From a virus (Duplodnaviria > Caudoviricetes): a DNA stretch of 64,000 bases. The notes below the pieces were generated by a model, which had not been told where the DNA came from, made no database searches, and saw only the letters and a program-made list of their open reading frames with translations. Numbering within the stretch: the stretch's first letter is position 1; each line of letters starts with the position of its first letter. Position numbers and translations under genes: made by a program. The stretch covers positions 1 through 64,000 of the IMG/VR virus record IMGVR_UViG_3300035208_002098; one strand, given 5' to 3'. Positions 52,295 to 62,330 of the stretch are shown here, piece by piece.

Positions 52295-52508
52295 CCATTC
52301 CACCACATCACCATTTAATCTTTAAAAATACTACATCTGGTTAAGTGTTCGCCTCCACTGTTCACCAATTATTGAGTGCCTTACTGTAAAAGTAGGTGAC
52401 CCATTTTACACCCCCGATATCGGTAAACGACCTCCTAATCAGGTTAATATAGTATAAAGTTTTAAAAAGAATCATTATGTTTAGGTTTTTGTTACTATTA
52501 ATTAGAGT

Positions 52509-52550
52509 GTTGTTTTCAAAATATACCTTAATTTCAAACCTATTTACAAC
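52509..52550 (-). repeat. Solitary 42-nt CRISPR-repeat variant
   Basis: GTTGTTTTCAAAATATACCTTAATTTCAAACCTATTTACAAC on + strand. Confidence 0.85.
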
Positions 52551-52900
52551 GATACTCCCCTTTCGGCATGTAACTCGCTCAACCATGCATAAGATTCTCT
52601 ATATTTTAAAAACCATTAGTCTTGTGATGAATAAACTTCAATGTGCGGTGGGTAGCAAACTCGGCTTCTTTTCAGATAACTTATACTGTTTATATTGTCA
52701 CTAACATGAATCACAACTTCATATATAATAAGTAGTTCTTGCATACTATTTGGTTGGTATGTAGGCTGAAAGCCAGCTTTAGCAACGCTCTTATTATTGT
52801 TAGCTCCAATCTAATGGTTAATATTTAAAAGGGGTTACTCAATGGAACACTATATATTTGTCATAGCTCTTATCACTGTATTAACTTCACCCCAATTTTA

Positions 52901-52911
52901 TGTCAATGAAC
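52901..52911 (-). promoter_or_regulatory. boxA-like element within ncRNA cluster 2
   Basis: GTTCATTGACA on - strand. Confidence 0.6.
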
Positions 52912-52917
52912 TAATTG

Positions 52918-53050
52918 TGCCCGTAGGAGGACTCGAACCTCCATGGTTTTGTTTTATATCATCACGTTAATGACTTTATTATAAACCGTATCCCACGTTC
53001 AAGGCTTGCAATCCCATCCTGTGTAGCTTTACCAATTTGCTTATACGGGC
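52918..53050 (-). ncRNA. Oversized tRNA-like RNA G (~133 nt)
   Basis: Perfect acceptor GCCCGTA/TACGGGC; D-arm AGC-AAATTGGTAAA-GCT; T-arm GGAGG-TTCGAGT-CCTCC. Confidence 0.7.
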
Positions 53051-53060
53051 ATTTATTTTG

Positions 53061-53194
53061 ATGGTCTATTAGGATTCGAACCTAAGTAAATGCTACCATC
53101 AGAGCTTATCCCTACTCTCACATTTACTTTCTACTCTCCATTCCCAGTTGATAGTTCGTGCACAGACAAATCAACCTTCTGTAGATATACACCC
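53061..53194 (-). ncRNA. Oversized tRNA-like RNA H (~134 nt, degenerate)
   Basis: T-arm TTAGG-TTCGAAT-CCTAA; imperfect acceptor GGGTGTA/TAGACCA. Confidence 0.45.
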
Positions 53195-53195
53195 A

Positions 53196-53441
53196 TTATT
53201 TAATAGGTAGTTTATTTAAATATTCTATTAAACCACCAACGTTTTTAATTGCTTCAGCATCTTCATCAGAAATATTTACTTTAAGCTCCTTTTCTATACG
53301 CATTACTAATTCTATACCATCAATACTATCGAAACCTAAATCATTATAGAAATCGGCATTATCAACAATATCTTCTAATTCAAGGCCACTATAATCAAGT
53401 ATAATACCCCTAACTTTTTTTCCTAATTCTTCTTTATTCAT
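53196..53441 (-). CDS. acpP: Acyl carrier protein
   Basis: DLGFDSID phosphopantetheine-attachment motif; 81 aa, acidic. Confidence 0.9.
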   Translation of the reverse strand: MNKEELGKKVRGIILDYSGLELEDIVDNADFYNDLGFDSIDGIELVMRIEKELKVNISDEDAEAIKNVGGLIEYLNKLPIK

Positions 53442-53492
53442 ATTAAATTTACATTCTTCAATTAACTCATCACATATTTTTGTCGCTTTAAA

Positions 53493-53530
53493 TTTTCAAA
53501 ATATACCTTAATTTGAAATCTCTTTACAAC
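53493..53530 (-). repeat. Solitary CRISPR-repeat variant just downstream of a promoter
   Basis: TTTTCAAAATATACCTTAATTTGAAATCTCTTTACAAC; -7 box at 53553-53560. Confidence 0.8.
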
Positions 53531-55108
53531 TGCATTATGTTTGATTATAATGCAAAGATAATATAAAAAATTAACATATTCAAGTAAAACGGTAAATATT
53601 TTATCCGTGAATTAAAGTTTTTTTAGGCTCCGATTTAACTACTTTATTGTTATTATAAGAATTACCTTTAAATAACATACTACATAAGAAATTAAGTTCC
53701 CATGCTTGGAATAATGTTATTGTTTTAAGACCGAATAATGTTGGCATTAACCAATCCCATAATAACATAACCGGAATAGATGATAATGCAGCTACTAATA
53801 CTATAAGTATAATACCACCTAAAAACCCAGTTATACCGAGTATAATGTTTTCTTTCATTTGTTTTAATTTATTTTAAAATTTTAATTGCTTTTCTAATAT
53901 TTTTAATTGTAATTGTTCTTTCTTTATTCCACTTGATAAACTTATCTTCTACCCATTGTTCGGTACCGCTTCTTTTATACCTAGTGTAAAATTTTTTACG
54001 GTCATCTAATAATTTATTTAAATGTTCCTCTAATATTTGTATAGCTGTCATATTACGTTATTTATATAATCTATCTCTATTATATTTGACAATATCATTT
54101 ATTGGTAAATAATTTTCTTTAATTAATTCTAAAGAATTTGGTTCGTCAATATATTGATTTACAATTTCAGCGAATTTAATATTTGATTCAGTAATTTCAT
54201 CATATGTACCATCAATACATTCTAATATAGCTTCTTCATATTCACTAATAAACATATCAGTATGAAAACCATTTAACCCATATTTTTCAACAAATTGATG
54301 TGCGTAGCACCAAATACAGATACATATTTTTTCACGTAATAAATATACCAAATTTGAATCTACTATAAATCTATCAAAACCATATAATCCATCACCACAA
54401 CCATGACCTAACATAATAATTCTATCATGTTCTTTGATTAGTTTCTTCAAACCAGAATTTGATGGATTCCAGTCAATGACTTCCCAACCCTTGTTAGCAT
54501 ATATAGCTTTTAAGAAATCGGTTGATGTATCTTTTGGATGTATAACTAATGTTTTCATTATATATAATTTAATTACTTATGCAAATATAATACTATTATT
54601 TAATATATCCAAATATTTTATTAAATATTTTTAAAAAGGTAAATATTCTTTTTTAGGTATTGGTTCTAATTTAGTTCTTAATTCACTAGAAGTTATAAAT
54701 AATTTACCAATCCAGAAACCATAGCTACCACCATTATCGGCAACCTTAAAGAAGCCTCAGGGACCTGAACCAATTTAAGATTCGATTTTTTTCTCCTAAT
54801 GGATATGACCATTTGCCTGTGATTAGAAAGCAAAAAGGTATTCCAATAAGCATTAAAATCATCAATGAAATTGCAAATGGTAGCGTAAATCTCATCCACG
54901 TTTTAACAGGCGTTTTTTCATCGGTATAAAAATCAACACCTAATTCAATCCACCTATCACACATATCTTCACTTGATACTTTATTTAGTTCAGGGAAAAT
55001 TTCTCTGAATTTTGGGATGTAATTCGCATCGTTGTGAGACCAAGTTCTTTTTAATTTTCTGTACATTTTATTTAGTTTTTAAGTTTAAAATTCGATTGAT
55101 AAAAGGCA

Positions 55109-55205
55109 GCCGATAACACGTAATATAAAAAATTGGCTATCAGCGTTTGTGGTAACTTGAAAGCGACTACAAAGCCAACTTTTCATATTACCATCGTTAC
55201 CACCA
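55109..55205. mobile_element. attC-like imperfect inverted repeat 1
   Basis: TAACacgtaatataaaaaattggc ... gccaacttttcatattaccatcGTTA. Confidence 0.6.
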
Positions 55206-55449
55206 ATTAAGAATTATCGCCACCATCTCCACCATCACATATTATTGATGTTGGATATAATTCATTTTCATACCAATTACCATTTATCCTTATATGCAAT
55301 CTACCATTTGCGAATAATTCAACTCTACCTGAATCCATTCTTTCTATACGCTCAATTGCACGTATGTATTTTTCTTCATTTTCTGTTAATTCAAATTCTC
55401 TACCTTTCGTGTCTTTTACTGTTCTACAATTCATAATTTTAAAAATAAC

Positions 55450-55540
55450 TGGTGGTAACAAATGCTAAAAAACATAGCCATAAAGCTCCTACCTATTATG
55501 AAACGTAATTAATTGGCTACGTTTCTTAGCCTGTTACCGT
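55450..55540. mobile_element. attC-like imperfect inverted repeat 2
   Basis: ggTAACaaatgctaaaaaacatagcca ... tggctacgtttcttagcctGTTAcc. Confidence 0.6.
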
Positions 55541-55956
55541 TAGGTTTAATTTACAGTCAGACCTATGTCAAATTCTTTTATCTCCTTATCCAACCATTCT
55601 TTAACCATATTATAAAATTCTTCTTGCTCTGGAATACTTTCAACATTTCCAATATTACGTGTGTTAATGTTCATTCCACGAAGTTTTCTTGTTTCTAAAT
55701 AAAGATAATATTCTGAATAATTTTTTAATTGTTTCGTTTTTCATACTAGCTTTGTTAATATCTAAAAATGATTTCCCATAATAATTAATTAAAGTATTGG
55801 AACAAAGATACTACTATTTTTTGACATATGCAATTTTTTAGATATTTATTATTGAAAAAAATATATTTTATTGTTATGGATGATTATCATTCGAAATATT
55901 AGACCTAAATAGAGTTAAATACATCAACTCTATGACTTAATTAATGGAGGAAATGT

Positions 55957-56883
55957 ATGAAAACATTTTTAAAAAATAGTGTTGGTTTAAGCACTATAAA
56001 CAAATGGGAACCAAATTGTTGGGTAAATGTAGAATCACCTACAGAATCTGATAAAAAATATCTATTAAATGAATTAGAAATACCTGAAGATTTTTATAGT
56101 GATATAGAAGATATTGATGAAAAACCACGTATTGAAATTGAAGATGGGTGGACTCTTATCATTATTAGAATACCAATTAAAAATGCTGATGAAAAAACTT
56201 CATACTCAACAGTACCATTCGGTATTATATTTAAAGATGATGTTTTTATATCTGTGTGTGTTAATAAAACAGAAATGGTATCTGATTTGATTACACACCT
56301 TAAAAAGAAAAAAACATTTATTGAAGACCGTTACGAATTTGGGTTTAAATTATTATTATCTGCTAGTGTATGGTATCTTAAATATCTTAAATTAATAAAC
56401 CAAGATATTAAATCAGCTGAAGAAAAATTAGAAAAATCAATTGCAAATAAAGATTTACAAGGGTTATTACAAATTCAAAAATGTTTAGTATATTTTACAA
56501 CCGCATTAAAAGGTAATGACTTATTAGTGCATAGGCTTAAAAATTCTAAACTACGTAGAGACTTTGTTGATATTGAATTAATTGAAGATGTTGATATTGA
56601 ACTTAGACAAGCTTTAGAGACTACAAATATCTACACTAACATTTTAACCGGTATGATAAATACATACGGGTCAGTTATTTCAAATAACCTTAACGTTATA
56701 ATGAAACAATTAACATCAGTATCAATTATATTAATGATACCAACATTAGTTGCTAGTTTATTTGGAATGAATGTTCCTAATGGCCTTGAACAAAACCAAC
56801 TAGGGTTTGTTATAGCTATTACTATTTCATTTATATTATCTGGATTAGGGGCTCTTATATTTTTTAAGAGGAAATGGTTTTAA
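55957..56883 (+). CDS. corA: CorA-family Mg2+/Co2+ transporter
   Basis: PTLVASLFGMNV signature and two C-terminal TM helices; the only long + strand gene in the window. Confidence 0.93.
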   Translation: MKTFLKNSVGLSTINKWEPNCWVNVESPTESDKKYLLNELEIPEDFYSDIEDIDEKPRIEIEDGWTLIIIRIPIKNADEKTSYSTVPFGIIFKDDVFISVCVNKTEMVSDLITHLKKKKTFIEDRYEFGFKLLLSASVWYLKYLKLINQDIKSAEEKLEKSIANKDLQGLLQIQKCLVYFTTALKGNDLLVHRLKNSKLRRDFVDIELIEDVDIELRQALETTNIYTNILTGMINTYGSVISNNLNVIMKQLTSVSIILMIPTLVASLFGMNVPNGLEQNQLGFVIAITISFILSGLGALIFFKRKWF

Positions 56884-57088
56884 TTAAATAATTAATTTCA
56901 CTGTACCAGTATCGTCATATCTCAAGGTCGGCTCTGCTATTACACCCATAGATGTGCTTCTTTGCCTATGACGTATCCTGATATACTGTACGCATACAGT
57001 ATAGGTAGTTTTTGTCACGGTACTACCAACCACTTCACCCGAATTTACGGGTCTGTGTAGTCTCACTTATTTCAGAGGATAATATACC

Positions 57089-57505
57089 TCACCTACCGTT
57101 ATCTTTTATTAAATCATTACATTCTTCAATCCATTTAGATTGGTCCAATGAAAAATTAAATAACCAAACACAACCGACATTTTTAGTGTTGTCTTTGATA
57201 TGTTTTATCTGTTCGAAATTATCATCAAGATGAAATATAAAATCATCGTGTTGTGAGAAATATTCACCTTTATCTACTAAACCAGTAAATACTATATGCT
57301 CTCTGCTAATACCTATATTATCGGCAATACAATATAATTCATCATTATTATATTCATGACCATATAATGGGTCTTTACTAGGATTTTCAAAACGTAGTGT
57401 AACAATCCATACTTCAAATCCTTTGTCAACTAATTCTTTAGCATATGCTTGTACTGATGGTCTACTTAATGTGGCATCAAAATCAAATGATACTTTTTTA
57501 TTCAT
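57089..57505 (-). CDS. HAD-superfamily phosphatase-like protein
   Basis: SFDFDAT motif I, IVT motif II and HLDD motif IV. Confidence 0.7.
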   Translation of the reverse strand: MNKKVSFDFDATLSRPSVQAYAKELVDKGFEVWIVTLRFENPSKDPLYGHEYNNDELYCIADNIGISREHIVFTGLVDKGEYFSQHDDFIFHLDDNFEQIKHIKDNTKNVGCVWLFNFSLDQSKWIEECNDLIKDNGR

Positions 57506-59563
57506 ATTTATTTTATCTTTTTTAAATAATCAGCGTAATGCCGTAGCTTTCTTACAATCAACTGTTTTATCAGATTGAGATATGTGATGGTCACATTTAC
57601 CACAACCCTTACTTCCTATCATATTTTCTGTAAATGGACACTGCAACATGCATACATCACCACAAACAATATATTCTAATCTCATAATTACTTATCAATT
57701 TTAGATAATATATCGATACAACGTTTAACATTTTGAATCTCTTTTTGAATAAATTCACTACAAATATCAACATCAGGTGATTCAAGCATAGCACATAGGT
57801 TTTTCATTGGTGATAACTTATTTCTTATATCAGCACCAAGATTTTCTTTCGTTTCTTGAACCATTCTACTAGCAAAATCACTTAAAGCATATATAGCCTC
57901 TGGTTTTGTAGCAACTATATGGTCACCACCCTTTTGTTTATTTTTTAAATATTGTTCAGCTTGTGTATCAAAATCTTTCATATTATTCTTCGGGTAAAGT
58001 ATTTATAACACCACAAGGACACGTCATAGTTGTAACACCACCACCGAATGAACCACCAAAGGTATATTGGCCGGTATCTCTACAATTAGAACATTTATAT
58101 TTAGGTAATTCTATTTGTGTTTTCACAATAAATGGGCACCATTCAGGTATAGGGATTTTCTTTTCCTCATGCCATTCAACATAGCTTTGGATTTCTTTTT
58201 CACCACCATTTGCTAAACAAAACCAATCATAGTTAGGTGCTTCAAAAGAATCTGGACTAACATATTTCCCACGTCTTTCTTCAAAATGTGGGCATTTTTT
58301 ACAACTTTTGATATCTAATGTTATTTTTACCATATTATTATATTTTATTTATTACAATTACTGTACCTTGGCCATTCATTATATTAAAAAAATAATCATG
58401 AATTAAATGTAATTCAGCAGTGAATTGATTTCCAACGGTTTCATACTCTTCTTCTGTTGCTTCACGACCATATTTTTTAGCGTATTCAAAAAAGAAGAAA
58501 TATAAATCTTCATTAGGAAATCTGCCTTTACCGTATTCACGTTCACTATATTCTTTAGAATCATACTTACTAATAACCCTTTCAAGTATTCTAGTAAATT
58601 TCTCACATGTATCATATTTCATATGAAATCTATCTATTTGAGATTGCTCCATAGCTTCTTGTTTCGCTATATTGTCAAAATAATCGTGAACAGATTTTTT
58701 ACCTTCTTCTGATTCAAGAGATTCCCTTAATTTTAAAAACCAATCACTTTCCATACATTTATCTATTACGATATTTCAATTTCATTGCCTGTTCGAGGAT
58801 GCACACGGATATAATCTGAATGTTCCGGTTCCTCACCATGAGTTATTTTGTTGATATTTAAACGACCATCAACACTTTCACTTAATCGATAACTATCTTT
58901 ACCAATATAAACAATTAAAGTCTTAACTTCTTGTTTTTGAGTTTCTCTTGCTGTTCTAAATTCCATTTTATTATGTATTAATATAAATTTTCTGATATAA
59001 GTTCTGAATCTTCACCATTATCTGATGCCTTTAACCCAAATTTAATTTGGTTATTAGCTAAGGCTATCTTCCAAGCCTCTTTCCTATCCACAAATCGATT
59101 TAAAGATGTCATAAAGCCTTGTTTTTCTCTACCGGGTGTAAGTGTTTCATCAATACCCAATAACCCTTCTAAAAGTCTATTACAATCCCCATGACGATAA
59201 CCACAAACTATATGACCATTATAGTCAGCTGCAGCACATAATATAAATTCGTTTTTATCCATTGTATATAATTTTATTCAGCAAATATACAACATTATTT
59301 TTACATATGCAAATATTTTAATCAAATCTTTTACTATCTTCAATTGAATCTCCACAAGTCCTACAACAATTATAATCTATTTGTGTAAATTGATTATAAA
59401 CTAGGTGACAATTATCACAATATAATTCATCACATCGTTCACATCTATATAATTCATCACTTTTATTACCACAAACTGAACATCTATCAAAAAATGTTAA
59501 ATCTTCATATGGTTCATAAGTAATTTTATTTAAATTATTGAAGAACGACATTATACATAATTA

Positions 59564-59953
59564 TTAACGTTTATGTTTAACATCACCACTCATAGTTGAA
59601 ACAGAGCCACCGATATTACCACAATCAACATCACCACTCATTGTTTTAACATCACCAGTAACATAACCATGTATCTCAACATCACCACTCATAGTTTTAA
59701 CTTTAGTTGCATTACCTGATACAGTTACCTTATCACAAGCATCAACGTTTAAGTTATCAACATTACCTTCAACTGAAATTGTTATGTTTTTTGATTCTGG
59801 GGTAACATCTTTACCATCAATAATTACTTTACCATTTGTAATGGTAATACTATTACCAACATAACTGTTATTATTTATTCTAATTGTACCCATACTTATA
59901 TTAGTTTTAATTGAATTACCCCAAAAATTTTTAAAAAAATTATTTAGACCCAT
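59564..59953 (-). CDS. Beta-solenoid repeat protein (DUF4097-like)
   Basis: Three V[K/S]TMSGDV repeats. Confidence 0.6.
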   Translation of the reverse strand: MGLNNFFKNFWGNSIKTNISMGTIRINNNSYVGNSITITNGKVIIDGKDVTPESKNITISVEGNVDNLNVDACDKVTVSGNATKVKTMSGDVEIHGYVTGDVKTMSGDVDCGNIGGSVSTMSGDVKHKR

Positions 59954-59954
59954 A

Positions 59955-60995
59955 TTAATATTTAAATGATTGTCCTTCAGTTATTTTTATAAGTGTTTCA
60001 TATATAGCATTTACTGTCGCTGTAATATCATCTTTATGAACGGTTTCAACTGTTGTATGCATATAAGCTAACGGTAGTGAGAATAGTACTGATGGACAAC
60101 CTTGTGGGTAAGCATAGCTATCAGTGTTTGTTCCGGTACCACCAGAACTTGCCATCATTCTAAATTTGATTTCTTTTTCTTTAAGTGTTTCTTTTACAAA
60201 ACGTAAAAGTTTATTATTAACAGCTGGTGCTACACTCAATACTGTACCTTCACCACCTTTGAATTGTTTCGTTTTATATGCCGGTGAAGAATCTTCGTGA
60301 CACACATCTATAATAAATGCTACATTTGGTTTCATATTATTTGAAATCATCGCAGCACCCTTTAGACCAATTTCTTCTTGTACTGTATTAGCAACAATTA
60401 ATTTAAATGGTAAATTAAAATTATTATCTTTAAGTTTTTTCAAGACTTGGATATTAATATACCCACCAATTTTATCATCTAATGCTCTACCAGCAATGAA
60501 ATTTTTTCCAAGTTCCATGTAGCCATCAACATACGTTACTACCGTACCAACTTCAATGCCCATTTCTTCAACTTCTTTATCAGTCCTCGCACCTATATCA
60601 ATGAATAGGTCTTTAAGTTCAACCTTCTCAGGTCTTTCTTTAACATGTATTGCTGGGTGACCAAACACACCAACCACTTTACCATTATTACCCCAAAGAT
60701 TAACTCTTGATGATGGTGCCGTTTGATGGTCTGTACCACCATTACGAACAACTCGTAAGTACCCAGTTTTTTCAATGCTTGATACTAACCAAGATATTTC
60801 ATCAGCGTGAGCATCTAATAAAACACTATATTCTGATGTAATATTACCAGCAAGAGCGTATGCCGTGCCGTAATTATCTGAATCAACATGTGATGCGTAT
60901 TTCGCAGCTTCTTTCATCCATACTTTTTGACCACCTAATTCCATTTCAAATCCAACTGGTGATGGGGTGTTAAGATATTCTTCTAAAAATGTCAT
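59955..60995 (-). CDS. M42-family metallopeptidase
   Basis: DAHADEI, ALDDK, VQEEIG.KGA, IDV and YMHT..E motifs. Confidence 0.92.
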   Translation of the reverse strand: MTFLEEYLNTPSPVGFEMELGGQKVWMKEAAKYASHVDSDNYGTAYALAGNITSEYSVLLDAHADEISWLVSSIEKTGYLRVVRNGGTDHQTAPSSRVNLWGNNGKVVGVFGHPAIHVKERPEKVELKDLFIDIGARTDKEVEEMGIEVGTVVTYVDGYMELGKNFIAGRALDDKIGGYINIQVLKKLKDNNFNLPFKLIVANTVQEEIGLKGAAMISNNMKPNVAFIIDVCHEDSSPAYKTKQFKGGEGTVLSVAPAVNNKLLRFVKETLKEKEIKFRMMASSGGTGTNTDSYAYPQGCPSVLFSLPLAYMHTTVETVHKDDITATVNAIYETLIKITEGQSFKY

Positions 60996-62330
60996 ATTTA
61001 TTGTTTAATAAAGGTTACTAAATCTTCTAATTTGTCTACATTATCACGGCTAATGATAAATTCTTCAAAACAACCGTATCTACATTTATACCCAAAAATA
61101 TATTTTATGGCATATATTAATCGTTTAAAAAAACTCAATTTTGATAAATGTATTTGTACATAAGCCTCTCGGCCTATAACTTCATCAATATCTTTGATGA
61201 TTATTATTTGATGCTCTGTTGAAGAACAATCACATAAAACTACTTCAGGTTCAAATGGTAATTTCATATTTATAAATTACTTTTCCAATTATTACCATAT
61301 TTTCCAACTAACCAACCGTAATATACTGCAGCGAATATAGCTTCTTCTACTTCACTAGCAAAAATACCCGGTTTTTTATCGTTATCAGCTTCAGCAATAT
61401 CGATTAAAAATTCTGAATTTTTAATCGCTGACTCATACATAATTTTAACTTTTGCATTCATATTATTGTATTTCAGTTTGTATAACGTAATTAAATATAT
61501 CTCGTAATTTAATCATAGAAGGGGATAAATCGTCTCTTCTATCATAAGCAATATATATCGTTTTTTCTCTAGGTTTAACCCTATGACCCTCTTCCCTAAC
61601 TTTGGCATGTAGTCTATATCGATATTTTTTAAAAATAACTGCGTTATTTTTTGTCATAACATTACCTAAATTGTGTGTAAAATAATATAACATATTAAAA
61701 AAGTTTAAATTTACGTTTTTTCTTTACTTGTTCTGAATACCAAACTTTAGTTTGCTTAGTATCCTTATGTCTAAATTTTTCACCATAGTCAGCTATTATC
61801 CATAATTTAAGTACTGTGATGGATTCTTCCTCAGTTTTAAAATATTTAATAGCACAATCATTATAATCAGTTAATCTATAAAATGGTAATCCTCGATGTT
61901 TAACAGCCCATAATTCCATTTCTGTTGGATTTGAACTTAGCTCATCAATTCTAACTATACTATAACGTTTTCTAACCTTCTTTAATAATTTAGCCTTCAT
62001 TTATTTAGATTCAATAAATGTTACGGTTCCTTCCATCATACCAAAAGTACTTGATTCCTGAAATGTATATCTTTTTGGTTTAAAGTTAGAATCACCTTGT
62101 TCTGTAAGGTACCACAAATCTGAATTTTTCCATGTTGCATTTACTAACTTTTGATTTGGTTGTAAATTAATAGTCATGTTACCACCAAATGATTTTGCAC
62201 GAGTTTGTTCCGTACACGATGTAAACCAAATAACTGCGAATACTGATACTGCTAATAAAATTCTTTTCATTTTTTTAATTTTTAATTTTAACAAAGATAT
62301 AATTTAATTTTAATATAAACAAGTATTTGT

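Noticed and set aside
1144-58184. Many short plus-strand ORFs in the track
   Set aside because: Antisense shadows of minus-strand genes or of ncRNA clusters; only corA is credible on +.
59576-59700. Tandem DNA repeat aacatcaccactcat as a CRISPR or DGR element
   Set aside because: Explained by coding TMSGDV protein repeats; no reverse transcriptase seen.
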